A stretch of DNA of 36,932 nucleotides, taken from the NCBI RefSeq assembly GCF_001194135.2, contig NC_068982.1, positions 143,108,313 to 143,145,244 on the forward strand. The letters run 5' to 3'. Of this stretch, positions 11,914-23,180 are shown piece by piece; the stretch's first letter is position 1; every line of letters begins with the position of its first letter. The translations under genes and the position numbers were made by a program. Below the pieces are notes generated by a model. That model was given only the letters and a program-made list of their open reading frames with translations, searched no databases and was not told the origin of the DNA. This DNA comes from Octopus bimaculoides. Its lineage: Eukaryota.

Positions 11914-12003
11914 TCGATTACATCGAGACCGATGCTCAACTGGTTCTTATTTCATCCTTTCGGGTTCGATAAAGTAAATACCAGCTGAGGACGATGTAAT
12001 CGA
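11914..12003. repeat. 90-bp foldback built from two opposed SINE family A tail fragments
   Basis: tcgattacatcg (11914-11925) pairs with cgatgtaatcga (11992-12003); inner ctcaactggttcttatt pairs with aagtaaataccagctgag; both match the 13680-13735 tail. Confidence 0.7.
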
Positions 12004-12214
12004 CTAGCTGCTACTGCTACTGCTGTTTACAATGGTTAATTATAGCATTTATAATCTACTATGGTGCTTATCTGAAGTCAGTGGAGTTATTGACACTTAT
12101 ATGTGAGTCATACTATTGATAGCATGGTTGGTTAAATTATAATTCTCAGTTTCTAACTTTTGTTTTCTGCTGTTCTATATTTGAGAGATGAGGAATTATG
12201 TACNNNNNNNNNNT

Positions 12215-12300
12215 TAAGTACAAATTCCGCCGAGATAAAATATGTTTCATCTTTTTTCAGACTTGATAAAATAAGAATCCATTGAGGATTGGGGGTCTCC
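12215..12300 (+). mobile_element. SINE family A fragment
   Basis: caaattccgccgag...tttcatc...gataaaataag matches 13644-13700. Confidence 0.6.
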
Positions 12301-12487
12301 GTAATCGTCTTACCCACGAAATTCATTTACCCGGTCCCACCAAAACTGCTTACTTAATGACTAAATCTGAAATAATATTGTTAGTATCACTAGTAACATT
12401 CATGATTTGCTTTATTTGCATTATTACCAGTAATGCTATAAATACGATAGATTTATATTCCAACCAAAGCAACTGAAGCTCACTTAC

Positions 12488-12629
12488 ACAGTTTTTCTTT
12501 CCATTCCTACACTCCATTCCTACATTTCCTATTATTCCATGACCTACGACATGTAAAAATATCTGGATCGATAAACTCAATAGGTTGTGTATAACAGCAG
12601 CTTTTGTATGACAACCAGCTCTTTCTCAA
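12488..12629 (-). other. candidate 5' exon, possibly ending in start peptide MECRNGKKNC (CDS 12517-12488)
   Basis: Acceptor ttttgtttttctttacattgtacag and donor TGT|gtaagt; a second donor TAG|gtaagg lies at 12770/12769. Several tiny uORFs, so it may be non-coding. Confidence 0.3.
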
Positions 12630-13048
12630 CTGTACAATGTAAAGAAAAACAAAACCAGCAACAGCAGCACATAACAGATATTGCATATATTATCCATATG
12701 AAAAACATTTCCCTCGGGTTATCCACGACGTCTTTCTCATTTTCTATCCTATTCACTATCTTTCCTTACCTACGGACATCATTTCAAACTACCGTCTCTT
12801 TTTCTTCAATTCCATGATACTTCTTTCCCACGTCTTATTTTCTAAGTTTATGCTTTGTTCAAAAATATCTGCTCAGCACTCTTTATCTCACTTATACATA
12901 GAGTTTTTCTTTCTTCCTCTCTCTCTCTTCCCCACCTCTTTCTCTCTATTTCTTTCTCTGTCTATCTATCTTTCAATGAGATTCTATCTTTTTTTCACAT
13001 ACTGAAATTTATTTTACATTCTTCCCCTTGTGTATCCCCATCATATAT

Positions 13049-13094
<46 letters not shown>

Positions 13095-13095
<1 letters not shown>

Positions 13096-13520
13096 CACCA
13101 CCTACGCTTTAAACAGCCACGTGACCACAAATATTTTTTTTCCTCTTCGCTTGCAACATCGGAAAGCGGCGTTCTAATCCGCGTCGTACGGACGCGAAAT
13201 TCTCTGAATATAATTTCTCGATCATAAGAGTATAAACGAAGTAGAAAACGCCCTGACATTCGTTTAAACGTTTATTTTTTAAAAAATCTTAAAAACTTCA
13301 CCGGTTTCACAGAGATTTCCGGTTTTCAAAAGTTGAGATTGGAACAGGTGGTGCTATGTTGCAAATAGATTGCTTCTGACTGGAATTAAAAAATTGTTTC
13401 GCTTCTATAGAGAGAACATGGCTCAAGTTAGTATCTGTTTTGGATACGTTCTGATCGGTCGTGGAGGATCACGTGATCAGGCTCAGCAATTTTTGTAAGT
13501 TCGCCACTACTTCCGTTCGT
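13095..13520. promoter_or_regulatory. candidate CpG-rich promoter region
   Basis: CACGTGAC at 13118, palindrome GATCACGTGATC at 13467-13478, ETS-like ACTTCCG at 13509, E2F-like TTTCGCG (minus) near 13193-13199; CpGs look locally dense by eye. Confidence 0.35.
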
Positions 13521-13565
13521 TAATATCATGTGTCAATATCCTATCGACGACATTCATTAAAATTA

Positions 13566-13794
13566 GGGCGGCGAGCTGGCAGAATTGTTAGCACGCCGGG
13601 CGAAATGCTTAGCGGTATTTCCTCCGCCGTTACGTTCTGAGTTCAAATTCTGCCGAGGTCGACTTTACCTTTCATGTTTTCGGGGTCGATTAAATAAGTA
13701 CCAGTTACGCTTTGGGGTCGATGTCATCGACTTAATCTCCTTGTCCTTGTTTGTCCTCTCTGTATTTAGCCCCTTGTGGGCAATAATGAAATAA
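13566..13794 (+). mobile_element. full-length tRNA-derived SINE, family A
   Basis: A-box-like TGGCAGAATTG, B-box-like GAGTTCAAATTC, A-rich end; several partial copies elsewhere in the window. Confidence 0.9.
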
Positions 13795-14269
13795 ATATCA
13801 TGTGCCAATATGTTTAGCAGTGTTAATTAAAGTTGTCATGGTTAAGTTGATATGTCTAGTGACAATCGTAAGCAATCAAAGCTGTCTGAAGTTCGTCTGT
13901 CAAATGTAGTAGAGGAAGGTGTCCTGATTCATAGTTATCTTAGAAATTTTTGTAGGTTTCTAACAACATCCATGCAATAATATATGACTGTATTTTTGCG
14001 GCGAAATTGAAGGCTGGCACGAGCATGTCTAGTGGCTGTCCCAAAGTAAGGTTCTAAATTTATTCTGTCGAGTGGACAGGAGTTGTTTTAATGTAGCCTA
14101 GTGGGTGAGTTGGTATGGTTCGTGTTTATGTGTGCAGGCATCAAATTTAGCTATTAAATGGCTTTTTACTAATCATTTACAACTTTATGTAGAATCTGCC
14201 AGTTAGCAGTCATGATTATGTCCAAAGTTTAGGTTGTCAGCTGTATATAATGCAATGTCACTATATATA

Positions 14270-14312
14270 TTCTTTTTTAATTCTTTTTATTTGTTTCGGT
14301 CACTTGACTGCG
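14270..14312 (-). mobile_element. SINE family C 3' tip
   Basis: ttgtttcggtcacttgactgcggcca resembles the reverse complement of tggccacagtcaaatgactgaaacaa at about 5199-5224. Confidence 0.6.
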
Positions 14313-14399
14313 GCCAGATTTGTTTGTTTCATGGATGTATTCTCATGCATATACTTGTATATCTAGACATGTTCATATATATTTAAATGATAAACTTTT

Positions 14400-14705
14400 G
14401 GTATGTTTTACAGAATTTTACAGTTCCAGTGATGTATATATGTATGTATGCATACATACTTGTATGTATATATGTAGGTATTCACAAGCATACATTTACA
14501 TATGTATATATTTAGTTATATGCATATATGTGTATGTGTGTAGACATACACATATATACATATATATGCATACATACATTCATATGTATGCAGGTGCATG
14601 TATGTATGCATCTATGTATGTATATATATTCATATATACATATATTTGCATACATGCGTACATATATATATATATCTATGCCGGTGTATGCATGTGTTCC
14701 AGCGC
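14400..14705. repeat. degenerate (TA)/(TATG)/(CA) low-complexity block
   Basis: Directly visible; explains most of the 203-aa ORF 14320-14931. Confidence 0.9.
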
Positions 14706-15319
14706 GTGTGTTTTATTATATTTAAATGAAAAGCTTTTCTTTTCAAATAATACATTCGATAGAGAACAGGAAGAGAAAAAAAACATTACCTCCAGCTGTC
14801 ATGTGATATCTGAAAATGATAGAACTCAATTGGATTCGGAAATTACCGCCAAGATGTCGCTCTATCGTTCGTTCTTAAAAACTAGAAAAAAAGATGTTTC
14901 AATGATGAATTATCAAAATATTATCTTATAATATGTCGCTTAGCGACATAAGAAATATCTCACGGCAGACTGACGACAGTCACTCACGTTGGAATCATTT
15001 CCACTGAGGTGTTAAAAAACGTCAATTAAAATGTCGGATTAATTCTGATGCTAATTTAGATACATAAAAATATTAGTAAAAAAAATTAACGATTAAGTAC
15101 ATCCAACTGATTCGTAGAAGGGATAAGTAGGTATTTCATCAATTAAGAGTTAATTTATACAAGATAATGTTAATCACATGGCATCATATTTGTTGTGAAC
15201 TTCTACTCATATTTAACCACCTATAATGGCTACTGCTAAAACAACCACTACTGTGGGTCCTGCTGCTGCTAGTACTACTATTATTATTATTACTACTACT
15301 ACTAATCATACCAGTGAAG

Positions 15320-15655
15320 GTGCATGGCTCAGGGGTTAGAGCGTTGAGCTTACGATCGTGAGTTTATAAGTTCGAATCCCGGACCGGGCTGCGTGTTGTG
15401 CACTTGAGCAAGACACTTTATTTCACGTTGCTCCAGTCCACTCAGTTGTAGAAATGAGTTGCGACGTCACAGGTGCCAAGCTGTATCGGCCCCTTTGCCT
15501 TTCCCTTGGATAACACTTGTGGCGTGGAGCGGGGAGGCCGGTATGCATGGGCGACTGCTGGTCTTCCATAAGCAACCTTGCCCGGACGTGTGTTTGGGAG
15601 GGTAACTTTCTAGGTGCAATCCCACGGTCAGTCATGACCGAAGGGGGTCTCAGCA
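15320..15655 (+). mobile_element. full-length tRNA-derived SINE, family B
   Basis: Head TGGCTCAGGGGTTAGAGC...GTTCGAATCCC, then gtgttgtgcacttgagcaagacac; flanked by the direct repeat actaatcatacc(ag/ga)tgaag at 15301-15319 and 15656-15674. Confidence 0.9.
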
Positions 15656-15689
15656 ACTAATCATACCGATGAAGATGCTGATAAAAACT

Positions 15690-15893
15690 ATAATAATACT
15701 TTCTCTCTACTATTGTCACAAGGCCAGCAATTTATCGGAAGGATGCTTGTCGAATACTCCGACCTTTTGGTCACCTGGTACTTATTGTATCGAACCAGGA
15801 AAGAGGAAAGGCAAAGTCTAACACGGCAAAATTTGAATGTAAAAAGCCCGGAAGAAATGCGACTCAGCATTTTGTCAGACGCGTTAACGTTTC
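15690..15893 (-). mobile_element. diverged SINE family A copy, truncated by gap
   Basis: ctggtacttattgtatcga...aaaggcaaagtc...aatttgaa matches the reverse complement of 13580-13705. Confidence 0.75.
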
Positions 15894-16161
15894 NNNNNNN
15901 NNNNNNNNNNNNNNNNNNNNNNNNNNNNNNNNNNNNNNNNNNNNNNNNNNNNNNNNNNNNNNNNNNNNNNNNNNNNNNNNNNNNNNNNNNNNNNNNNNNN
16001 NNNNNNNNNNNNNNNNNNNNNNNNNNNNNNNNNNNNNNNNNNNNNNNNNNNNNNNNNNNNNNNNNNNNNNNNNNNNNNNNNNNNNNNNNNNNNNNNNNNN
16101 NNNNNNNNNNNNNNNNNNNNNNNNNNNNNNNNNNNNNNNNNNNNNNNNNNNNNNNNNNNNN

Positions 16162-16212
<51 letters not shown>

Positions 16213-16349
16213 TTGTATTTAAAAATAAATAGATATGTATATTTATAAATAGATAGATAGATAGATAGATAAATGTGTGTGCGTGTGCATGCATGTATAT
16301 GTGTGTGTGTGTGTATGTATGTCATTGTGTACGTGTGTGTGTTTGTGTA

Positions 16350-16520
16350 AAGGCATGCTGGCTAGTGTTTAGTGTGATTCACTCACGATCTCCAGATCGT
16401 GGGTTCGAATCCCGGATAGGGCGGCGCATTGTGTTGTTCCAGTCCACTGATCTGTAATGTGATAATCCTGTGACTAAATAGCTATTCGAACAGCAGTGAA
16501 TGTTCGCCTGCAGAGGGGGA
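16350..16520 (+). mobile_element. SINE family B-like fragment with internal deletion
   Basis: gggttcgaatcccgga...ttgtgttgttccagtccact matches the head and middle of 15320-15445. Confidence 0.65.
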
Positions 16521-16608
16521 TTATTCGAAAGTAAAAACGATGCGAAGTGAATTAAGATGAGCAACGTATAACAACTTGCGATAGTCAGGTAGATCCCGTG
16601 ATACCATG

Positions 16609-16649
<41 letters not shown>

Positions 16650-16653
<4 letters not shown>

Positions 16654-17090
16654 AACGAAAACGCAAGAGAGGACAATAAAACATTCGGACATATAAACAA
16701 TACAAAGGCGGACAAGAGAAACAACAATTAGAAGGAGAGGCAAAAGAAGACGCGTCATTCGTGGCCTTCTTTCCTCAGTGAACGACCAGAAGTCACGACC
16801 GTTTCGGGCAGTTACACTTGAGACGGTTCGATCAGGTTGCCCGCAAAAAGTCTAAGCTAAGAGCATTAGACCAGTTAGTAAGAAAGCTAGCAATTGTGTG
16901 CAGCAACAAAGACAAAAAAAAACCGAGAACATGGTACACAAAAAGACAAAAAATGGAAAATATGGCACACAGTTATAAGCAAGAAAATAACAACAGGTGT
17001 CTTTCGACTGAGAACAAATCTAATTTAGCTGGTGTGTATGAAGTGAAGGCCTAAAGGAAGGAACATAAGAGATGGACATAAGATGTGATA
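16650..17090. repeat. purine-rich interspersed repeat, possibly Penelope-like
   Basis: Resembles a recalled octopus repeat; the minus strand has CCCGAAACGGTC and CTGAGGA...ACGCGTC. Single copy here, so unverified. Confidence 0.3.
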
Positions 17091-17161
17091 TATATACGAG
17101 AGAGATAATTAGTATTCTATAGTGAGATATATAATTAAGTATTTTACGTAAAAGGTTTTAA

Positions 17162-17162
<1 letters not shown>

Positions 17163-17254
<92 letters not shown>
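17163..17254. repeat. (TG)n, about 46 units
   Basis: Directly visible. Confidence 0.95.
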
Positions 17255-17257
<3 letters not shown>

Positions 17258-17435
17258 CAGTGTGTTCATTCTTTCAAAGTGAAATCAAAGTTTGTGACTG
17301 CTGAAACTTCTCTCTTTGACGGTGCGTTAATAAATCGAAAGAATGGAGCAAATAAATAAGGATAAATGTGTAATCGGTAGAAAGATGATTTCATATGAAA
17401 ATCCATCGAGTGGTTTATGGATTCTTTGTGTGAAA

Positions 17436-17810
17436 AGCGCAGACATGGCTGTGTGGTTAAGAAGTTCATTTTGCAACCATGTGACTCTGGCACCTTGGGG
17501 AAAGTGCCTTCCATCATTGCATTGGGTCGACCAATGCCTTGTGACTGAATCTGCTAAACCGAGATATTCGTGCGCGGGAAGTGAACGCGCTTGTGACAAG
17601 GTGTCTGTATTTGCGTCTGCCACAACCCATATCACTTGACAACCGGTATGGGTTTCTTTATTTCTCCCTAAACATAGCGGTTCGACAAAAGAGATTATAA
17701 AATAATTACCTGACTGGAAATAAATTAAGTACTTGTGTTGATTTGTTCGCCTAATACCCTTCGAATCCGTGCACCAACATGGCAGCTATCTAGTGACTGA
17801 AACAAGTAAA
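17436..17810 (+). mobile_element. near full-length diverged SINE family C
   Basis: Head tggctgtgtggttaagaag matches 35132 onward; tail gtgactgaaacaag matches 5214-5225. Confidence 0.8.
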
Positions 17811-18109
17811 TGAGAAACGATAAAAGATTGCAATTCTCTCAGTCCTACTAATTTATATTTTAGTAAAGCAAAACACGGCAACTATTTGTGGGAAGGATCT
17901 TTCCTGATGAGCTGCTGTCCCTTTTCGCTTTGGTATTCACTTAATTGAATTTGCAAAAGACAAACTAGCTGGAAACCATACCATAGTTTGACAGATCGCT
18001 GTTATGGTATCTGACCGAAAGGGCTGGAATTCTAGACTGTATCCAATAAATTTCGAAGTCGGAAACTCCCTGCAGAGTTGTTCTGAAATCTAATTGTTCC
18101 ATATGTAAC

Positions 18110-18244
18110 CAGCATCGAATAATTTTGCAAGTAACTGAAGAAATGTATAGCCAGACTCTGACCATATGATTCCATCACAACTAGAATTACATTTGTAACA
18201 ATTGGCCTCTCGGTTGGTAATACAATTTTGGAATCGACCATCTC
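18110..18244 (-). CDS. candidate 135-nt phase 1-1 Cys-rich exon (DGRFQNCITNREANCYKCNSSCDGIIWSESGYTFLQLLAKLFDA)
   Basis: Acceptor gctagtcacag, weak donor CTG|gttaca; lies inside the 90-aa ORF 18090-18362. Confidence 0.25.
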
Positions 18245-18429
18245 CTGTGACTAGCATTATCAATATAACGCACGTGGTTGTCTTAAAGAATACCTTTGGG
18301 CAATAAATTGTGTTTATTTTTGTCCATAATTCATAAGAACCGTTATATGTTCGGCTAATCATATTAACCCTTTCTTACAAACAAACTTGCAGCTTTTTCT
18401 ACCATTTCAAGTTTTGTTTTCATCAAAGA

Positions 18430-18760
18430 CTTTTTGTTGCAGTTGCTGCTGCTGCTGTTGCAACTACTGCTGTTTTTGATGTTTTTGTTGTTACGTTATT
18501 GTTGCAGTTGTTATTCCATGCTGCTGTGGTGGTTGTTGCTGTTGCTGTTGCAGTTTTGTCCTTGTTGGTTTTGTTTCTGCTGTTGTTGTTGCTGTCAGCG
18601 TTATTTTTGATGTTGTTTTCGTCAGTGTTATTTTGTGGTTATGGATGTTGTTGTTGTTAGTGTTGTTGTTATTGCTGCTGTTGTTACCGATGTTGCTGCT
18701 GCTACTGTTGATTCTGCTACTGATATTCCCATCGTTGTTGTCGATGCCGTTATTACTGGA
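18430..18760. repeat. degenerate (GTT/GCT)n trinucleotide array
   Basis: Directly visible. Confidence 0.85.
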
Positions 18761-19078
18761 GCAAGTGTCGGCAAAGAATCAAATATAAAGCTATTGCTGT
18801 GTAGCAAACTCATAAGAAACGGAGAGAGAACATAGGTTCGTTTGCCCGAACAGGAGAAATTGTTGATTTCTCATTGGTTAAAGATTACTGCCCATGTACA
18901 AATTCTAAACTTTCGTTAAAGAAATCTTTCACGAAGAACGGTTCTTAGAATTTGTGTATGAGCAGTTATAAAAACCCTGATTTGGGGGAAATTAATCAGT
19001 GATCGTTGGTTATCACTCAAGTCCACGACACTCACTCTCCGGTGTTCGCTGGTTGGTACTCAATGCCACGACACTCAC

Positions 19079-19132
19079 TCTTTTGAGTATCGGCTAATCT
19101 TTATGCCATGTTTATTACTCAAATCACAAAAG
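19079..19132 (-). CDS. candidate 54-nt phase 2-2 exon (FCDLSNKHGIKISRYSK)
   Basis: Acceptor catattacag and donor AGA|gtgagt; phase-compatible with exon 21666-21721. Confidence 0.25.
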
Positions 19133-19999
19133 CTGTAATATGTCGTTATATCTTTTTGCCTATTGCATTACAATTTTTTTACCACGACAGATTTTGCCTG
19201 TCAATTTTGCAATGACGATAAATTTTATATATATTCACATACTGTGTTCGATTTAAACTACTCTTATCGTCTCTATAAATTGTATAACACGGTCCGTGTA
19301 AAAAGCCGGTATTTTGTTTGTTATAAGGGGTAGCGCAAAACAGTGAAACAACATCGTCTGATAACACACTCGGCTGTTTTATACATTATCCTTCATACAC
19401 ACCATCCTATGTTTATAAAATAGATCTTATTCTTGTCGTTATTGCTGTTTTGATTAGTATTGTTGACAGGCTGATGAATTGGCAGAATCGTGAGAGCATC
19501 AGACAAAATGCTTTCAAAGGCAAGGAACGCCACAGTCAACTTAGCAATTCGACCTTCTAATGACTGATTAAATAGAATAATAGTCAAGTGCTGGTCACAA
19601 TGAAATCTATTGACGGTATCCCTGCTATTGCACCCATGTTAGAAAACTACCGTTGGTTATATTCTTCTTGTTCTTATTGTAGACCTCATTGTTCTTGTTC
19701 TATTCATTTTTCGCTTCAATTGAAATAGAAGATACGTAATTATATTCGTGACTTTCTTAATGTCGTTATAAGCATAAAGAAAATAAAATTTCACATCGCC
19801 TTGCCTAAATATGTTTCTATTATACAAAGCTCATAAAACATATCACCGTAATTATTAATTCCATGGTCATTAAAAAGATTACTTTCTTCACATTTAATAT
19901 TAAAAAGGAAACATGAATTCAACGTAAATTAATGAATATATTGTCATATCAACAGATATATATATACACAATTATAAAGAACGAGAGAGACACACACAT

Positions 20000-20051
<52 letters not shown>

Positions 20052-20204
20052 ATGCATACAAAACGTGTAGGTAGACAATTTCGTGGCGAACTATTGCCGA
20101 GCACTTTTTTCATCCTTCAAGTAATTAGAGTCTACATACCAAATAATCGGACTAGACAATTAACATTTTCGAAACAGAATATTTATTCATAATTGGGGAA
20201 CGAT

Positions 20205-20229
20205 TTATTATTATTATTATCATCATCCA

Positions 20230-20319
<90 letters not shown>
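20205..20319. repeat. (ATT)n running into an assembly gap
   Basis: Directly visible. Confidence 0.95.
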
Positions 20320-20697
20320 NNNNNNNNNNNNNNNNNNNNNNNNNNNNNNNNNNNNNNNNNNNNNNNNNNNNNNNNNNNNNNNNNNNNNNNNNNNNNNNNN
20401 NNNNNNNNNNNNNNNNNNNNNNNNNNNNNNNNNNNNNNNNNNNNNNNNNNNNNNNNNNNNNNNNNNNNNNNNNNNNNNNNNNNNNNNNNNNNNNNNNNNN
20501 NNNNNNNNNNNNNNNNNNNNNNNNNNNNNNNNNNNNNNNNNNNNNNNNNNNNNNNNNNNNNNNNNNNNNNNNNNNNNNNNNNNNNNNNNNNNNNNNNNNN
20601 NNNNNNNNNNNNNNNNNNNNNNNNNNNNNNNNNNNNNNNNNNNNNNNNNNNNNNNNNNNNNNNNNNNNNNNNNNNNNNNNNNNNNNNNNNNNNNNNN
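20320..20697. other. assembly gap, largest of nine
   Basis: Run of N; ORF-track entries containing X are gap artefacts. Confidence 0.99.
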
Positions 20698-21141
20698 TAT
20701 ATATATATATATATATATATATATTCAGTGTTACGATATGTTTGTGTGTGTGTGAGTGCAAATGTAATGTAGAAAATGACTGAAAGGTACATTTCTCTTC
20801 TGTATGAATATCTCCATAGTTTTAAAGTAGGAGAAAAGTCGTTATTTCTACGTATTCCGAATTGACTATGTTTAAATTGCTTTACTTACTTACATATACG
20901 TTATGCATGCACACATTGATGGATATATCCATGCTCACACATCTTAGATACAAAAGCTCACACATGCACATATATATATCTAAATACAAACATACATACA
21001 TACACACACACGTTATTGCTTTAATATTGCTTTGCCATTTAACAAAATGTAATAGAGACGTAATGAGCTGCATCTAATTAAGACATAGGGAAAGAACATC
21101 TGTTAGTTATAATACTTGTCCAATATTTTACGCATATATAG

Positions 21142-21246
21142 CAGATCCAAGTCAAGTTTTAAATTTGGATGCATCAAATATGCATAGACTTATAAATATT
21201 TATACTTCACAAAACATAACAGCCAAAACTGGACTTTCATATACAG
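21142..21246 (+). CDS. candidate 105-nt phase 1-1 exon (DPSQVLNLDASNMHRLINIYTSQNITAKTGLSYT)
   Basis: Acceptor tatatag|cag, strong donor CAG|gtatgt, open throughout; loosely resembles a fibronectin type III N-terminus. Confidence 0.3.
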
Positions 21247-21270
21247 GTATGTATGAATATNNNNNNNNNN

Positions 21271-21303
<33 letters not shown>

Positions 21304-21665
21304 CAAAACAGGAAAATGGAAGGAACAGGCTTTAAGTACAAATCACAATTGGTTTGTGCATTGAAACAGCTGTTAGTTGCTGAGTTTTCGATTACGTACT
21401 ATTATATAAATATTATATAAATTATATAAATAAATATGAGGTTATTATCCGCGGTATATATATATATGTGTGTCTGTGTGTGTGTGTGTATGTCTTTGTG
21501 TGTGTGTGTGTATGTCTTTGTGTGTATGTGTGTGTCTTTGTGTGTGTGTCTTTGTGTGTGTATTTCTCCTCCACTACCGCTTTTCAACAAATTTTTTTTT
21601 AAATAGCATTAATGTAGGGAACAACAGTGAATTATAAATCCTTCCCATCGACAAGGAACTCTCAC

Positions 21666-21721
21666 CATGTAAACCTGCGATTCTCAAATAATGGATGAGA
21701 TTTGTAATCTCCGTTGAACAG
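21666..21721 (-). CDS. candidate exon, 56 nt (LFNGDYKSHPLFENRRFT)
   Basis: Acceptor tatacagcttccag and donor ATG|gtgaga; in frame with 21795-21837 across a 73-nt GT-AG intron. Confidence 0.45.
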
Positions 21722-21794
21722 CTGGAAGCTGTATACTTCATATGTCGAGGCGTCGTAATGATTATACATCTACCACAATCTGTCGTAAACTTAC

Positions 21795-21837
21795 CATGTA
21801 CTTAGGAGGAAATTGCCCATTCACTTTACCATACATG
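21795..21837 (-). CDS. candidate exon, 43 nt (MYGKVNGQFPPKYM)
   Basis: Acceptor tttgctttgtag and donor ATG|gtaagt; only this frame is open, and read-through into the intron hits a stop. Confidence 0.45.
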
Positions 21838-23104
21838 CTACAAAGCAAACTAGATTATATAAAATAATGATTAATGATGTAAGCAATAATCCTTTTATAG
21901 TAGATTGTTTCAATAGATATACCACAGCCACGAGGCAAATGAATTATAACACTTGATTATGGCATGATTATCAGTGTCACAAATCAATACACATACGCAC
22001 ACACACACAAACATACACACACACCCACGCACATACGCGCACATACACACACACACACACGTATATATATTATTAATATTATTATGACAACAAAAGAAAG
22101 AATGGGACCTCGATATTATGTAAATAGAGGAATTTATCTATAATATAATATGTGACAATTATTTGGCTGCCAAAATAAAACTCTTAGTTTCGGATGTTGG
22201 TGCGGATTTTTTGCTCCGGCATCTCGTCAGTTATTAAGACAAACAAAAATGCTATGGAAATGACCGTTAAATAAAGGGAAATTATTATGAAGATGATCAT
22301 TATTAAGACAAATAAAAGAGCTCTGAGAATGACTGTTAAATAACGAATAGGGAAGACGGAGTGTAACAAGAACCATTTATTAGCACAACAATCGTTTCGG
22401 TTTCATACTGCACTACTCCGTAGTGTGCGTGAAGCCGTTCAATCTAATGCCCCCTCCCCATATACACTAGATTCTTTGTAATTTTATTTCTTTCATTTTT
22501 TACCAATGACAACTAGACCACAAATATAAACACCCACTTCTTGATTCATGGTAGATGCTGTGCGTTTTTATTCTTTTATTTTCTTCCTAACTAAATCTTC
22601 CTCACTTCAACAGCTGAATCTGAACTGCTACAATCTCTCACCACTACTATATGTATATACATATTCATACGTACANNNNNNNNNNNNNNNNNNNNNNNNN
22701 NNTATATATATATATATATATATATATTTATGTACACACACGTTTTTCTCCTGTATATGTAGTTTATTTAGATGTTTCTGTATTAACTTATAAATCTTTT
22801 CATACTTGTATGAAATTGCATATTTGTTAAACTAACACTCTGTATTCAAAATTCCCTGTCGGCTTTCTTTTTTCGTGTTTACTGTTTATGTTCAGATGTA
22901 AGTGTATCGTGTGTTTATCATTATTTACGGCTGGATTGGATCTTTGTGAGGGCGCATCTCCTCAAGTTATAATCTCAGTTGGAATATTTAACTGTCACAC
23001 CAGAAGGTAGTACATCAATGTCTAAATATACACGCAGCAAAGAGGTAATGCAGTAAAGGAAATATTTAACCACGGCAATATTGCTGAGGTTGTTAATAAC
23101 AAGC

Positions 23105-23180
23105 AGTTGATCTTTGGGGTCGATGTAATCGCCTTACCACCACCCCTGAACTTGCTAGCCGTGTGCCAAAACTTGAAGTC
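23105..23180 (+). mobile_element. SINE family A tail fragment
   Basis: tttggggtcgatgtaatcg matches 13712-13730. Confidence 0.6.

Noticed and set aside
13566-13650. tRNA genes (also 15320-15390 and about 26100-26178)
   Set aside because: A/B boxes continue into SINE bodies and no full cloverleaf forms.
14320-14931. Longest gap-free ORF (203 aa)
   Set aside because: Non-ATG start, mostly microsatellite-derived YI/CM sequence, and no recognisable domain in the tail.
17904-17935. CTGATGAG core
   Set aside because: No stem II-GAAA continuation.
18628-18813. Mucin-like Thr/Ala-rich ORF
   Set aside because: Antisense reading of a degenerate GTT/GCT array, interrupted by stops.
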